Part shown: positions 49,755 through 63,024 of the stretch, piece by piece | Numbering within the stretch: the stretch's first letter is position 1 | How the letters are laid out: every line of letters begins with the position of its first letter | Assembly (NCBI RefSeq): GCF_902652985.1 | Contig: NC_047027.1 | Location: forward strand, 32,364,001 to 32,428,000 | Source of the DNA: Pecten maximus | Taxonomy: Eukaryota | Length of the DNA stretch: 64,000 nt | Reading direction: 5' to 3' | Translations under genes and position numbers: made by a program | Notes under the pieces: model-generated | Told to the model about the DNA's origin: nothing | What the model saw: the letters and a program-made list of their open reading frames with translations, nothing else | Databases searched by the model: none

Positions 49755-52700
49755 CTACTGACATTCCATTGATACAGTTCTCGAAACAGTCGGGATTTCC
49801 GAATGGTCTGCAGATCTATCACTTTTCTTGAAGTATGCTGACACGACCCCCAAAATGGACGCTATTGTGATACAGGATCCTGGAAAAGAAGAAATCAAGT
49901 AAAGATGTGCACCGAGTACGGTAGTATCGTCTTACTAATGGAGACATATATACGTCTAGTGTAGAGTTATTGGATTTGTTTACAATTGTCAGTGTACGAC
50001 ATCAATGTGACAATTTAATAAGACAGAATTGCCGTTGAGAAATATAAAGTTACCTGCTAGTAGGAAGGAATTCTCGTACGATCCAGTGTAGTCGATGATG
50101 GCACCTTATATGTAACAACATAAGAATTGAGTGGAGTATTCTAGTGAGAAATCACCTCATACTAGCGATGTAGTCATGGTTTAAATTTAGAAACGGAAAA
50201 ACAGTTTTTTTTAATTATTAATTTTATTTTAAAATAAAAGATAATGATTTAAAAATGAATTTGTGGAATTCAATGACATCTCAAGTGCAAGTTACAAAGC
50301 TACATGATAACATTTATGCTGACATATCTACCTGCTGCCGGCGGTCCGATGAGAGCACCAGCACCACTAAAGAACATACACGTTCCGTAGCCCGTGGCCA
50401 GCTTCTCTACCCCGACAAGCTGTATAATAAGTGTGTTCATTATAGAATAACAGCATCCGGAATACAACCCAAGGAACATAGCATACGTTAGTTGTCCTCC
50501 ATATGTTGATCCGTACAGTGGGAATATCAAAGTCGAGATGCCGAGTAGACCGAATGTTCCAAAGTACATCACAATTTCATCTATGTATTCATCGTTAGCC
50601 GCGACACCTGTTAAAACTCGCGAAACACAGTCACATACACCAGTAACTGAGAGGAGAAATGACGAATTCAAGGCAGACGCTCCCATCTCAATAGCATAAC
50701 GCACGAAATGTACATATACAAGGAATATTCCTGTACAAGCAAAAAACATGCTGAAACATAGAGAAAGTAGCGAAATGTGCTTAAGGATCGCAAATGAATG
50801 TGAAATATTGGTTAAAATTGTAAATTTCTTCCTATATTTTGAGTTCTGATGCCTGATTTGTTTTTGTCGATATTCTAGTTCTGACGGGAAGAACATACAA
50901 CCTAAAAACGCTCCATGCAATGCGATGCCGGCTATGATGAGAAGGAATTCCCTGTTGCCGTATTCCTCCCGCGCTGCCTCGATCACTGGGGAGAGTAAGA
51001 AGGTACCGATTCCGCTCCCCGACACTGCCACTCCACTAGCTATATTCCTCCTGCGGTTGAAGTTGAACCCGATAACTACCACTGAAGATAAGTAAACCAT
51101 TCCTGCACCGATACCTGAAAGAGGAAGTGAAATAGTTCAATTCATCACTTCAAACAGAAAGTGAAAAAAAAAACAGCCATCTGGTGTTGCAGATTGTGAA
51201 GCATTCAGCCATCACGTGAAACAGGAAGTGAAGCAGTCATCCATCGCGTGAAACAAAATGTGAAGCAGTTAGCCATCGCCTGAAACAGGACGTGAAGCAG
51301 TTAGCCATCGCCTTAAACAGAACGTGAAGCAGTTAGCCGTTGCCTGAAACAGGACGTGAAGCAGTCATCCATTACGTAAAACATGAAGCTATCTGCCATA
51401 GAACAGAAAATCTGAAAAATGAGGTGACGCAGTTTGATATCACATGAAACGGGAAGTGAAAACCATAGTTAATCTCATATGGCAATTGTGGATTGTGAAT
51501 ATATCAATATATTAAAACCGGTAAAAGTATTAAACAAAAAAGTTGAGTTGTTTCTTTTAATTTTGTTAAAAATACTAGTGTCTTTACGCAGATTAACTTG
51601 AACTATTTTATCTTAGCGACAACGGCTGCTGTAGTTACCAACGTCGCAACACATCCTGAATTTTATTTTCTTCGTACTGTAGATATACGATTTGTGTGAT
51701 GTAAATATAAGGATTGTACCTCATTTTGACTGCGTATACGGTAGTATGCTCGCAGTTGGCAACGAAAATCCTATGTAGCGCTAACCATAGGAAATGTTCG
51801 TTGCCAACTGCGGGCATACCATCGTATACGTAGTCACAATGAGGTACCATCCTTAGTTGTGCCACTTTTCTGATTGACTAACACGCAAATTGCGGTAAAC
51901 CACGGGGACTATTTAGTCAACGAGCTATGTCTACTATCTGTAATATCAGAAATGTTAACGGTAAAACCAAATTATGTGTGTGGAAGTTGATGTAGCCTTA
52001 CCTGCAACGCCACCATAAAAGAGGATGGCAAGTTCAAGGGAGGGGACAAATGCACAGGTGATAAAACCGGCGGTCATAACCAGTGACCCGATGATCATTG
52101 TGACACGACAGCTTGACCAGTTGATCAGGACACTGGCGAGAACACCTGAGAGGAATAAATCTTACGAATTATAATCAAAACATATATAATCCAGTTTTTA
52201 ATATATGATTGCTCAATGGAATAATTTGTGACTGTATACTCTTGAAAAAGCGATTCTTAATGACCTCAAGCAAATAATGGTGATCTGGAATAGTCAATGT
52301 ATTTCTCCCCAGTGTTACATCTGCGGACATCACTAATACAACCAAAGGTCGTTAAATGATATAACACAGGTCATACCCATGATATGCTCACTTTTTAAGA
52401 AACGGGTGCCATTCTTCTGGTCAAATATTAGGGACATGACGGTATTTAAAAACATATCTCTAACATGATATAGCATTTCATGAACGACAACCATGTTTGG
52501 TACATTCAGTAAAAATAATGTTAACATTTAACCATTTTTCCTGTTGAATATACATGTATGTGTAATTCATTATGTGAGGATCTTTTACTAACAAACCTGT
52601 CAGCGAGAGTGTTGCTACAAACAGACTGGTGGCCCAGGATGTATTCTCTACACTCTTATCGAATCTTTCTAGGAATGCGTTGTGTATGACTCCAATGGAA

Positions 52701-52798
52701 TACTGGAAACCTCCGGTGATCACGTGGGAGCCAACTGAGCTCGCCATAACAACCCAGGACCATCCTTTATCCGCCTCGGTAAGTCCACGTTCTCGCAT
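49755..52798 (-). CDS. Monocarboxylate transporter (SLC16/MCT family, MCT12/14-like), 5 coding exons, 434 aa
   Basis: Exons 52597-52798, 52002-52145, 50332-51114, 50054-50104, 49755-49879; all phase 1, GT-AG, 1305 nt. Motifs DKGWSWVV (MCT D-G-G-W-G-W), FNRRRNIASGVAVSGSGIG, LIGPPAAGAIIDYTGSY. An acceptor just 5' of the ATG implies an upstream exon that I could not locate. Confidence 0.92.
51115..51462. repeat. ~33-bp degenerate tandem repeat containing copies of the adjacent splice acceptor
   Basis: gaaacaggaagtgaagcagttagccatcgcct units; the first unit is the real acceptor (minus strand cacttcctctttcag|g). Confidence 0.8.
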
Positions 52799-52862
52799 CC
52801 TAAGGAAACAAATTCAAATGTTCTCTCCACAACAATAAATACAAATAAGGCATGATTGCTCT

Positions 52863-52978
52863 CAGTCTAATTAAAATATAGATGGTCATTCTCACTACGT
52901 TACATGAACATCTAACACCATCCCATAAGGGGTCACGTCAGGGATGTTGTAACGTAGTGAGTGATTTTAATTAGATTG
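52863..52978. mobile_element. MITE family A, internally deleted copy 3
   Basis: Left TIR nearly complete, joined to a partial right TIR ending ttttaattagattg. Confidence 0.75.
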
Positions 52979-52979
52979 A

Positions 52980-53463
52980 TTTGGTTTGGTTTGGTTTGTT
53001 TAACGTCCTATTAACAGCTAAGGTCATTTAAGGACGGCCTCCCGTGCCTGCGACATGCATGCGTGTGGCGAGTGCGGATGTGTGTGTTTGGATGCTACGG
53101 TATATTCGTGTTAAGTCTCCTTGTGATAGGCCGGAACTTTTGCCGATTTATAGTGCTACCTCACTGAAGCATACTGCCGAAGACACCCAGCAGGACACCC
53201 CAGCCGGTCACATTATACTGACAACGGGCGATCAAGTCGTCCAACTCCTAATATGCTGAGCGTAAAGCAGGAGCAGAAACTATCATTTTTTAAGACTCTG
53301 GTATGTCTCGACCAGGGGACAGAACCCAAAGCCTTCCTCACAGGGGCGAACGCTCAACTAAAGGCCAAACGTGAGGCATTGTCAAGGGAGACATTAGGAA
53401 GAAGAGAAAGTTGCTAAGAAAGAAGAGAAACGATAAGATCCAAATTTTAGTCGCCTCTTACGA
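52980..53463 (-). mobile_element. Near full-length tRNA-derived SINE with MetaSINE/MESC-like core and (AAACC)n tail
   Basis: Minus strand head ggcctttagttgagcg..gggttctgtccc, core gtcagtataatgtgaccgg..cttcagtgaggtagcactataaa, tail aaaccaaacc; other copies at 1261 and 56423. Confidence 0.85.
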
Positions 53464-53465
53464 TT

Positions 53466-54484
53466 TGTTATGAATTTTAACATATTTTCTAAAAGTAATG
53501 AGATTATTTTTACAAGAAATATATATGATGTAACATTTAAACAGGAAGACCTTTTTTTAGATTTTCTATTATTTCATTTTTTTAAAGATGGAAACAGCTT
53601 AACCTAACATAACCTTACAATTATTATTGAATGTGTGGGAAAACAGGTCACTAGCCTTACTATTAGATATATCAATGTTGATACTGTTATCGCTGGGGGT
53701 CCCTTTATTTATACCATCCTTTTTATTGTGACACCGGTATGATAGAGCTGTACACATTCCGCGTATGCTTCCGGTTGTGTATTGGCTGCTATCTGGATCC
53801 GCGGTGCAATCTGGGTTAATTTGGTGTTGACCTTTGAGATTGACCGGGTCTTGGTGAGTTGCCGGAAGACGTTCCGCGCTCACTGCGCATATGCCATAGA
53901 TTTGGCCAATCGGAATGGGTATGCCACGTTGCATGTAGGACCAGGGGGCTGGGGTATCAAAAGGGACTGCACAGCGATAAACGGGGACTTGCATGGCCGG
54001 ATAACCGGCCAACCCCTCAGGAGAGGATACCCTCTCTATCAGGCACTGACAACAGTGGCCACATAGTGCTGATAACAGCACGCGTACATTGCGTACGCAC
54101 GTTAGGGTGTGGGGCCGGTGCAGTGTTAGCGGGGAAGTAGGAGAATTTAATGTAGAAATGTTAGTTGTAGGCTCTGTCTAATTTCGCTTGCTTTGTTTAG
54201 GCTTATATGTATTGTCTATATTCATTAATCTTCATTCTATAATAAATCTATAGATAACTTTATTCACGGTGTTTGTTGACATTAATCAATTGCTCCGCCA
54301 CATCCTTCGAACTTGGGTTAATAGCTGCCTGTAATCAGCTAGTGGGAGAGGTTCTCTCTGGGGACTTGTTAGCTGACCGGTGTCGGGAGATGGTAACGGT
54401 AAAAACAACTATACGATCACACATTTGGGATCTATCTCTCCGACGCTGGTCGGGATTGACGCACCCCGGAGGGAACCCTATTAC
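53466..54484 (+). mobile_element. Candidate solo LTR
   Basis: Begins TGTTAT and ends ATTACA; GC-rich centre; AATAAA at 54241; truncates the SINE. No TSD recognised. Confidence 0.45.
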
Positions 54485-55359
54485 AAATGTATAAAATCTG
54501 TGTGTATTACCTTCAACTTTTTATGAAATATATAAATATATGTATGTAATTTCTCATATTTATTATCAAATATGTATGTGTGTATTGCCTAATATTTATT
54601 ATTGGATGTATATATGTGTGTAATACCTAATGGTTATTTAAGCATTGAACTGTTACCAAATGGTAGTATACAGTCGATATGAATAAAATTTGGGTGACAG
54701 ATAAATATTTCCTGTCGCCCTAACAGTCGACGTTCTATATAAGATTTTTGTATTTATTGTATCTTAAGATGTATTTAATTTGCCGCTTACCCTATCACTG
54801 ACGTCATCAAGTTAAAATGCCGAAACAGTTGAAATTTCCCGAAGGAATAATGTAGTCCCTCATGTCGTCCTTAAAAGAAATACATCGAATGGTTTTGGCT
54901 CAAATATGGCTTTATGTTTTAATTTTTTTACGTATTTAGATATCGTAACATTGCTCTAAATTTAAAATTAAAGTAGTTTTTGTGCGCAATGATATACCGT
55001 TATCATTTAGAAATGATGCGTCGTTGAACGAGTATTGCACCGGATAGACTCGATTGTTTCCGCGAAACGCCTACATATCTATCAACTGGATTCACGTTAA
55101 TTTCAGAATGTCAGCGCTTAAATTCGTAATGATAGTAGTCTTAACTGCAGGTGATAACGACTCCATGTTTATTTCGCCCGAAACAGATTTCATGTCTAAC
55201 CGGTCAGATCAGTGTCACTAACTTAGGCGATGCTCAATTTCACAGGGTCTCGGTTTCGCACTCTGGAGTAAGAAAGGCCTTTGTCATAAGTGAATAACCA
55301 CACCACTAAAATCCAGTATAGAAACATTGATGTTTCCTAGCATACTATTCAAATGTATA

Positions 55360-55805
55360 ATGTGTTAGTCAGGGTGTACATGTGTGTAAGGGTGTACATT
55401 TGTGTAAGGGTGTACATGTATATGTATGTAAGGGTGTGTATGTATGTGAGAGTGTTTATTCATGTGAGGAAGCGGGTATATGAGGGTATGCATGGGAGGG
55501 TGTGTGTATGTGTGTGTATGTGATGGTGAAATATATAAACATGTAGTAAAGAAATTATACATGTGTAAATTGTGAGTGTAATTGATGCAATGTATTTACA
55601 GTACAGAAATCTTAATTATTTAGTTTTCTCTACATTTAATGTGTTTGAGTGGGACATTTGTATGTGTGTGTGTGTATAAATGTGTGTATGTGATAAATGA
55701 TTAATTACAGTAATTTTGAATATCTTTGATTTATACAAATTTAGTAAATTTAATTGATTGAGTGTATACAAGCCTTAGTATGTGTGTGTGTGTGTGTATG
55801 TGTGA
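55360..55805. repeat. TG-rich low-complexity region
   Basis: Degenerate (TG)n / (TGTA)n tracts. Confidence 0.8.
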
Positions 55806-56422
55806 GAAAGTTATGTATTGTACATTTTTTTGATGAAAACACTGAATAAAAAGTAAATTATAAAAAAAAAATCCAGTATAGATACACACGTGGAAACCAT
55901 ATCGGTACTCGTGATTTTTCACAAGTTAATCTTCATACATATAAATGCTGACTCTTTTATGTTGTGTTTTTTCTCAGAAGTTGGAATCGAACTCTTAGGA
56001 GCGAGACGACGTTGATAAATTTAATAAATTCGTATCAAGAATAGTGCTTTTAACGATTTTTGTGATAACTTACATTTTTTATAATAAAAATTTAGTGTCA
56101 TAACTTGTGAAGATTTTTTTTATAGTAGCCTATGTTACTAAATTCTAACATTCGAAAACTCTCTTGTCCGAATGTAACAGGTATCCATTGATTTTTTTTA
56201 AACAACACCTGGAGCTGAATTCCCACAATGACCGATTCACTGTAAATTGTAGTATAGAATATCATACGTTGTAACTCACTAATGACATATAAGCAAATAC
56301 ATCACAGACTATAAATATATGTGTGTGTTACCTAATAAATATTAATGAATGTATATATATATATGGATTCACTAAGATTTATTATTGAATGTTTTATGTG
56401 GATATTACCTTATGATTAAACT

Positions 56423-56661
56423 TTGTCAGTATAATGTGACCGGGTGGGGTGTCCTGCTGGCAGTATGCTTCAGTGAGGTAGCACTATAAATCGGCAAAAG
56501 TTCCGGCCTATCACAAGGAGACTTAACACGAGTATACCACAGCCTCCCAAAACACACATACGCACTCACCACACGCATGCATGTCGCAGGCACGGGAGGC
56601 CGTCCTTAAATGACCTTAGCTGTTAATAGGACGTTAAACAAAATAAACCAAACCAAACCAA
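56423..56661 (+). mobile_element. 5'-truncated copy of the MetaSINE/MESC-like SINE
   Basis: Reverse complement of 52980-53225 with high identity; ends aaaccaaaccaaacc. Confidence 0.88.
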
Positions 56662-58273
56662 TGATTATACTTGAATGTATACATGTGTGAAAACTGAATA
56701 TGCAATTGTATATGTGTATTAAGCGAATGGCGAATTGGTCGCCTCTGTGAGGACAGTGTCTGTAGCTACTTAATCACGAAAAAAAAAATGTTTTTGTCGA
56801 AAAAGGAAGATACGGCCAACTACTAACTGACGGTATCTATCTGGAACACACTAATTGCATCGCGTGAGGAAATTCAACATAGCTGATGTTATATTCACCT
56901 TTAAAGACTACCGCCCACTACATGCCTGCAGGACACCTATATTGACGTATATATATATATATATTTCAATTTCGCTAATGGTCGCTGTGTGTTTTCTCGG
57001 TGGCATTTATTTACAGTGTTTCATTCTTTGTCTTTTAGCTCTCAAAGAAGTGTATGGATCAATAGGCTAAATTTTCTCCGGTTTTATGTCAGATCAAGCC
57101 TCCCCATATTGAATAACTAAACAAAATATATATTAAAGTACGTGGTAGACGGTACATAACGATACTTTGTCACGAGATGTGAATATCTGATACTGACTCG
57201 GTGGACAGAGTGAGGACTTTTTATTTGTTCTAAATTGTATCATTTTCAGCAAAACTGTCATTGCACGGAGGCAAGGCGTATCTCAATTTTCTTTCAAAGT
57301 TAAGAATATCGTACCACATAAAAAACTAGTAATTTAAGGAACTGAATATGTGATCATAAAAAGAAATATTTTTTAAACTTTTTTCCGGTTTAATTCTATG
57401 TATAGCTTTGCATAAATAGATAAAAATATAATATACTCTTAGCTATCTTTACATGAAGAGGTTAAATTAGGGGATAGTACGTTGAACTCGAAACACGTTT
57501 ACTGCCAAATATACGTACAAACATTGTTTTACATCGCTACAAGTACGCTGTAAAGTACTCTGTTACCTCCGCTAGTGACGTGTCATACTGTAGCGGACTG
57601 ACCAGTCAGAAAGAGCTTTCAAAGTCGGTCATTTGGCCACCCCCTAATCGCGAGAGTTCGACCTGTATGTTGACGAAGCAGTGTATTTGGATTGTTGTGA
57701 AAGTCCTGTTACCGAAGATTTGAATACATATTTGGATTTACTCAGGGCCAACAGTTATGTGAACGTTTGTGCACCAAAAGTTCCATATTTCATTTTGGAT
57801 TTTACTTGGCTAAGTTAGATGCCTACAAACTGACGAAATGAACATTTCAATCGATAAATGACGGTGAGAACAATATTTGTTTCATTTATTCACCAAAATA
57901 CATTCCATTTGGTACTGTACAGTACTTTTTGTTCATGTGTTTGCTACGTGCACGTGGTTATAGGCCTAGGCCTACCGTACTCCTGACATATTTTACAAAT
58001 GACGCACCTAGAAATACAAAAATTGGTACAACAGTAACATTTGGTGAATATAGAGTATTCTTTCTTAACAGATAAATATGTCATTTATAATAATATTTAT
58101 ATTGAAACTTGAATTATCAATGCAAATTGTGTCCTGTTAGTTTTTGAGAGTTCTGATGAAAGATAAGTTGACTTTGTTGAGTGACGTCAGACGGCTAAGG
58201 GCAACGTTGTTTATTTTGTTGGTGAGTCTGACGAACCAGCTGATTGTGAAGAGGGTTGTTGATGGACTTTTGT

Positions 58274-58495
58274 TCAGGACGTTGCATAGGGCTTGATGGT
58301 TTCTGATTCAGAACTGTCAGCATTAAAATGCTTCAGTGACGACTCATTACGGTAACCCGAAATTCTCATAATAGCCCCTGACTCTACTCCCGCATGCGAC
58401 AAAACAGTTATTGTTGTAGCTCTAACACTTTGGTTGGTGTCGGTATAATTTAGGGATGCGGCACTGGAAACTGTTTTCATCATATTGCATAATCC
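58274..58495 (-). mobile_element. Crypton (tyrosine recombinase, DUF3504/KCTD1-type) C-terminal remnant
   Basis: MMKTVSSAASLNYTDTNQSVRATTITVLSHAGVESGAIMRISGYRNESSLKHF resembles the Crypton consensus YTNHSxRAT...IMxxSGHRxxxSLxxY; both catalytic H and the Y are substituted. Confidence 0.8.
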
Positions 58496-58684
58496 TAACT
58501 GTTCCGGGGTTATTAATTTGGCTCAGAGGCGATTTGACGCCGTATTGTTTTGAATAGAAACGGGGCGTGGCTTAATCGCGATGGGCGGGGCTTAACCCGA
58601 TCGATCATGGTTCTATCGCAGATTAGAACATGGTCCGTAACCAATTAAAACATGCGTTGCAAACGAATCGTGTTAGAATACAAA

Positions 58685-60125
58685 ACAATATGAATTATAT
58701 TTACATAAAGAGGTAAAACAGCAAACAAATTTAAATATATTTACATAAAGAGTTTAAATATAAATGTATATCAAACAAAATACATAAAGAGATTAAATAC
58801 AAAATAATCTCAAATAGCTTTACATAAAGATGTAAAATACAAAATTATATTAAATATATTTACAGAAAGAGGGAAAATGCAATATAATCTTCGCATGTGG
58901 GTTAATGTTGTGTCCCATTCTATTGCTCATAAGTGTATTCATTTAAAATATACATTGTTGTACAATGTTGCAACTTTTACATTCCGATGACGTCACATTA
59001 ATTACAGATCCCGCGTTGTGTCTACACTGCCTGACGCGAAGGCTTCATTAAGTGTTTTTGTTAGTTTTGTAACATTTCAATTGATCAGATTTGCGAAAAC
59101 AACCTCAATTAATAAGAGGCGTGAGTGTAGTTTTACCAAAAAACGGCATGATGCGCATAAAACTCAAATTTTCACTTTGTCAGTGCACTAATGTTGGCAG
59201 CTTAGATCGGTTGTCATTGCAGCGACAAGGACGGTGGTCTTGTACAACCGAAATCTTCTAACTTAACCTTATGTCTTCGGAAATCATCTGTAAATAATTA
59301 ATAACGATACATTTGTCTATCAATGTTTATTCGTTTCTGTATACCGATTTCGATACTTAAAACACTTAACACTTGCTCTATAAATCGTCCTAGAGCACCC
59401 GCATACATATAGGCATTACTTATGAAACAGGAGAGAGTGTGAAGGTATTTGTACGAGAACAACGAAAAGTGCTGTACATTTTTACGGAAAAGACAAACAT
59501 CGTCAAAACTATTCAAAAAGTAGTCTATTAATCGGCACTTCATTAATTAATACAGGTTTATAACGCCATTATATAACCGTACGTGAATGAACAGAATGTA
59601 CAGCGATTTCGTCGCTTTCTAAGTACAATGAACAAGTGTATCACATTTATTTGTTAACGTAGTCCTTCGTGCCGGTCACGTGACCACGCGAGAATACAAT
59701 GACCGACGAAAACCTCCGGATTACATTCAGTCGAGAAAACAAACAGAACTGACGGGAAAATTATAAAATAATGAATTTATTTTAAAACATAACCATTTTT
59801 GACATGTTTAATCATCAATGCAACATTAACCCACCTGCCTTACACATCTTTACATAAATATGTAAAGTACAAAATAATATTACATATCTTTACATAAAGA
59901 GGTTACATACAATGTAAACCCAAACATTTTTATATACAGAGGTAAAATACAAAATTATAATGAAAATATTTACATTAAAAGGGAAACTGCAATATAACCT
60001 GAAATATCTTGACATAAAGAGATGAAATACAAAAAAAATCTCAAATATCTTTACATAAAGTGGTAAAAACATAATATTAATATATCTAACATAAAGAGGT
60101 AAAATACAATAAAATCTTTACACAA
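58685..60125. repeat. Degenerate ~37-bp AT-rich tandem array split by a MITE
   Basis: atatctttacataaagaggtaaaatacaaaataat units at 58685-58890 and 59840-60125. Confidence 0.75.
58892..59839. mobile_element. Non-autonomous TIR DNA transposon (~950 bp)
   Basis: gcatgtgggttaatgttg ... caacattaacccacctgc; it interrupts the tandem array. Confidence 0.75.
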
Positions 60126-60971
60126 ACAGTAAGCGATAACAGACTATTTATGCATTAAATACACTTGAAACATTTTTGATGTGTCATTTGGGGACGATAA
60201 AAATATAAAACAGCAGAAATTCAACATCAATGTTTAGCTCGCAATATTCGTCACCGTTTGTTTTATGAGTTACTTATAAAAAGAGCAAATTAAACATTGC
60301 AGGTGAAAATGACTACTGCATATTTTAGCCACCTACATATTTCCTTACCTAATTTTAAACGAGTGAATTTTGTAACACGGCGAATGTTTCCTGTATGTAG
60401 TAAACTTTACCTGTATATTTCAAGTAAATCCAAGTTTGTGATGCTAGCAGAAATATACTTCAATCTGCAACGTCCCATCAAACTTACTATTTTGAATATG
60501 ATTACCTTTCTTATCCAAGTGAATCCAAGTCTATGACGCTAGCTGAATTTTAAGTTGTCACCCACTCCCTCTTACGTTATATTTCAAATGTTTATGACTC
60601 CATATCGTTCTCAATTACAAAACATAAAGGGTGTTTAAATATAGTATGTTGACTGACAAAGGCGATCTTATGATTGGATGGGTTTATTTGAATTGACATA
60701 TAATCTGCTAATCTATTTTCGTTTCATTTTTTTCCATTGTCTACAAGGTATTTATGTGATGGATGTTATGATACTGATAACAAGTTCTATTTTTTTTTAA
60801 TTTGTTGCAAATCGTCACTAAAACCATAATCAAGGTCCACTATCAGGGATGTCAGTGACAACTATTTACTACTGACGGAAAATTAAAAAAAAAAAAACAA
60901 CAACAAGGTGTTCGAGAGATGGAGGTTGATAGAGGTCATGGGTGACTTAACCCTGATCTGATCAGATTTAT

Positions 60972-61300
60972 AGTGGCGGTCTAGTGGTAGGACGAATGGC
61001 TACGTGACAAACGGTTTACTAGTTAGAGTCCCGGCGATGACATTTGATTTCATCCTTGGACAAAAAACTTAATTCCGTTATGTTCCAGATTACTCAGCTG
61101 AATATGAGTACGTGGCAGCACGACATGTTATGTGTAAGCTGTTAGCGCCGAGTTGGCGGATCAAGCTGTATGCTCCAGAGGAGCTGAGAAAGACATTGGC
61201 TGGTTGCTGAAGCTCCAAAAGCTACTGATTATACGAGATTTGTGAACCACTGTGCTGTAAAAGTATAAAGAAGTACAAATGATTTAAACTTATCATTATA
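60972..61300 (+). mobile_element. Old tRNA-derived SINE (CORE/Deu-like), heavily decayed
   Basis: gtggcggtctagtggtagg A box, tccttggacaaaaaacttaa core-like segment, gctgtatgctcc..gagctgaga, AT-rich tail. Confidence 0.5.
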
Positions 61301-62197
61301 TGTGTAGTTCACATACATGTAACCTGTTGTTGGTTTTTTTTTCCTTCAAGGTTTTAAATTGAGTTTTATTATCCCAGGAAAAATTGAAGGATGCCAGGGT
61401 TGGGACCCCGGGTTCACCCCTCTTACACCATGAAGCCTCTCACAGGAGGTCTCGTTCACATCTTTTACACATTCGTTTTTCATTTCAGCTCATTTGCTCG
61501 TTTTGCAACAAAAGAAAAAGGAAAAAAAAGAAAACGAAAAAAAAACATTCATTCTACAGACTTATATATGTATAAATGTAATTAAAGCACGCGTTGCCAT
61601 CCCATCGAATCTAACCGCGATGTTATTTGGTTAAACCTTTAATTTATATTATTTATTTATCTATTTATTTATTCATTCATTTACTTTTACCATCTGTACA
61701 CCACCTAACATGTCTCCTAATTTATCATAATAGGCCCTCGGCGAATTAATTATCTGCCGAGGGGAATCGTTTTTACAACATTACGATATTTATTGCTGTT
61801 TATACCTACTACATTTGTGTAACTGTTCCATGATCTTTGTCTATATGTGATCGTATATAATTTACCTATGTTTTGATAAAGGGGCAGATTGCCTCGAACA
61901 TTCGACAATTTACTTGTCTGTACTGTCGTTATTACTACTTGACATATATTTATATATGTATATATATACATATTTTTTCAGCAAAGCAAATTGGGAGCTA
62001 CATTTGCGCACATTCATGCTATGAGCTACATAGCCTTTGATTTATATGGACTTGTAAGTTATTTTACACACCCATCTGTATATTAACAATCTAAATAACT
62101 TTCAAAAAACACAATATTTAACTCCACGGTGTCAAAACGTGATAAGAAAATACAATAAAATTAAAGAAAAAAATCCTATTTTCAAAACCTGTTTGCA

Positions 62198-62365
62198 ATA
62201 AGAATATAAGACTCTTTGATTTGTGTGATATGTAGGATAGTGTTATTCCATCCGAGAGGTCACAAATGTGGTGAAACCCGAGGCTTGCCGAGGGTTTTAC
62301 GACATTTTGTGATCCCGAGGATGGAATATCCCTATCCTACACACAAACATAATGAAAGAGTCTTT
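62198..62365. repeat. ~150-bp imperfect palindrome, likely the terminus of a palindromic DNA element
   Basis: agactctttgatttgtgtg..gtaggatag..ttccatcc..tcacaaatgt / acattttgtga..ggatggaa..ctatcctac.cacaaa..aaagagtct. Confidence 0.75.
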
Positions 62366-63024
62366 TTCTCTCATAGCACTACCAAATTTCTGGCAGAAGT
62401 ATCCCTCAGCCATCCGTTTTCTTCATTTTTTAAATTTTTTTTGACGTTTTTACTGTAAAAACTTGGCAAACTAAGTTTGCACACAAATTGTATTCCTTTT
62501 GTGGTTAAGTGATGAACGAATGAACTATTCGCCGATAAAAAAATTGCCTTAACTTGACCGACCTTAAACCTGGCTCTGGTCAAATTGTCAACATCTGAGA
62601 AAAAGAAGTTCTATCAACATCAAACGCTGAAATGAGTTTTCCAATTTTACTTATGATTTGATTGGTACATCGACATATTTGAACACACTGTACTTTGTAT
62701 TGCCAAGTCACAGGGAACAGTGACTCGATACGAGTATTCGATCTTTTCTGTGACATATGATTAAAAGTGTTATCAAGTTTTCTTGATAGAATGACGAAGG
62801 TAGGTCCGTCGATAACGATGATCATAGTAAAAGACTATGATGACAGTTAGGCCTAGTTTTCCAGATTATACAGTAGACGCTGTGTTATAATTAGAATAAA
62901 TATTTCTTTATATGAATATCGAGGAGTGTCATTTTTACCGAATGTTCCAAATACACAGGTTACTGAGTAGGCCTAGAGTGAAAAAATCCCAGGCCCCTGT
63001 GCTGACGCAAACGGAACCATTTCA

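Noticed and set aside
53438-53463. tcgtaagaggcgactaa motif (minus strand) as a retroelement 5' ribozyme
   Set aside because: Only a short hairpin remains after truncation; a full ribozyme fold cannot be supported.
53599-54140. Overlapping 93-160-aa ORFs on both strands
   Set aside because: GC-rich interior of an LTR-like repeat; no recognisable domain or splice structure.
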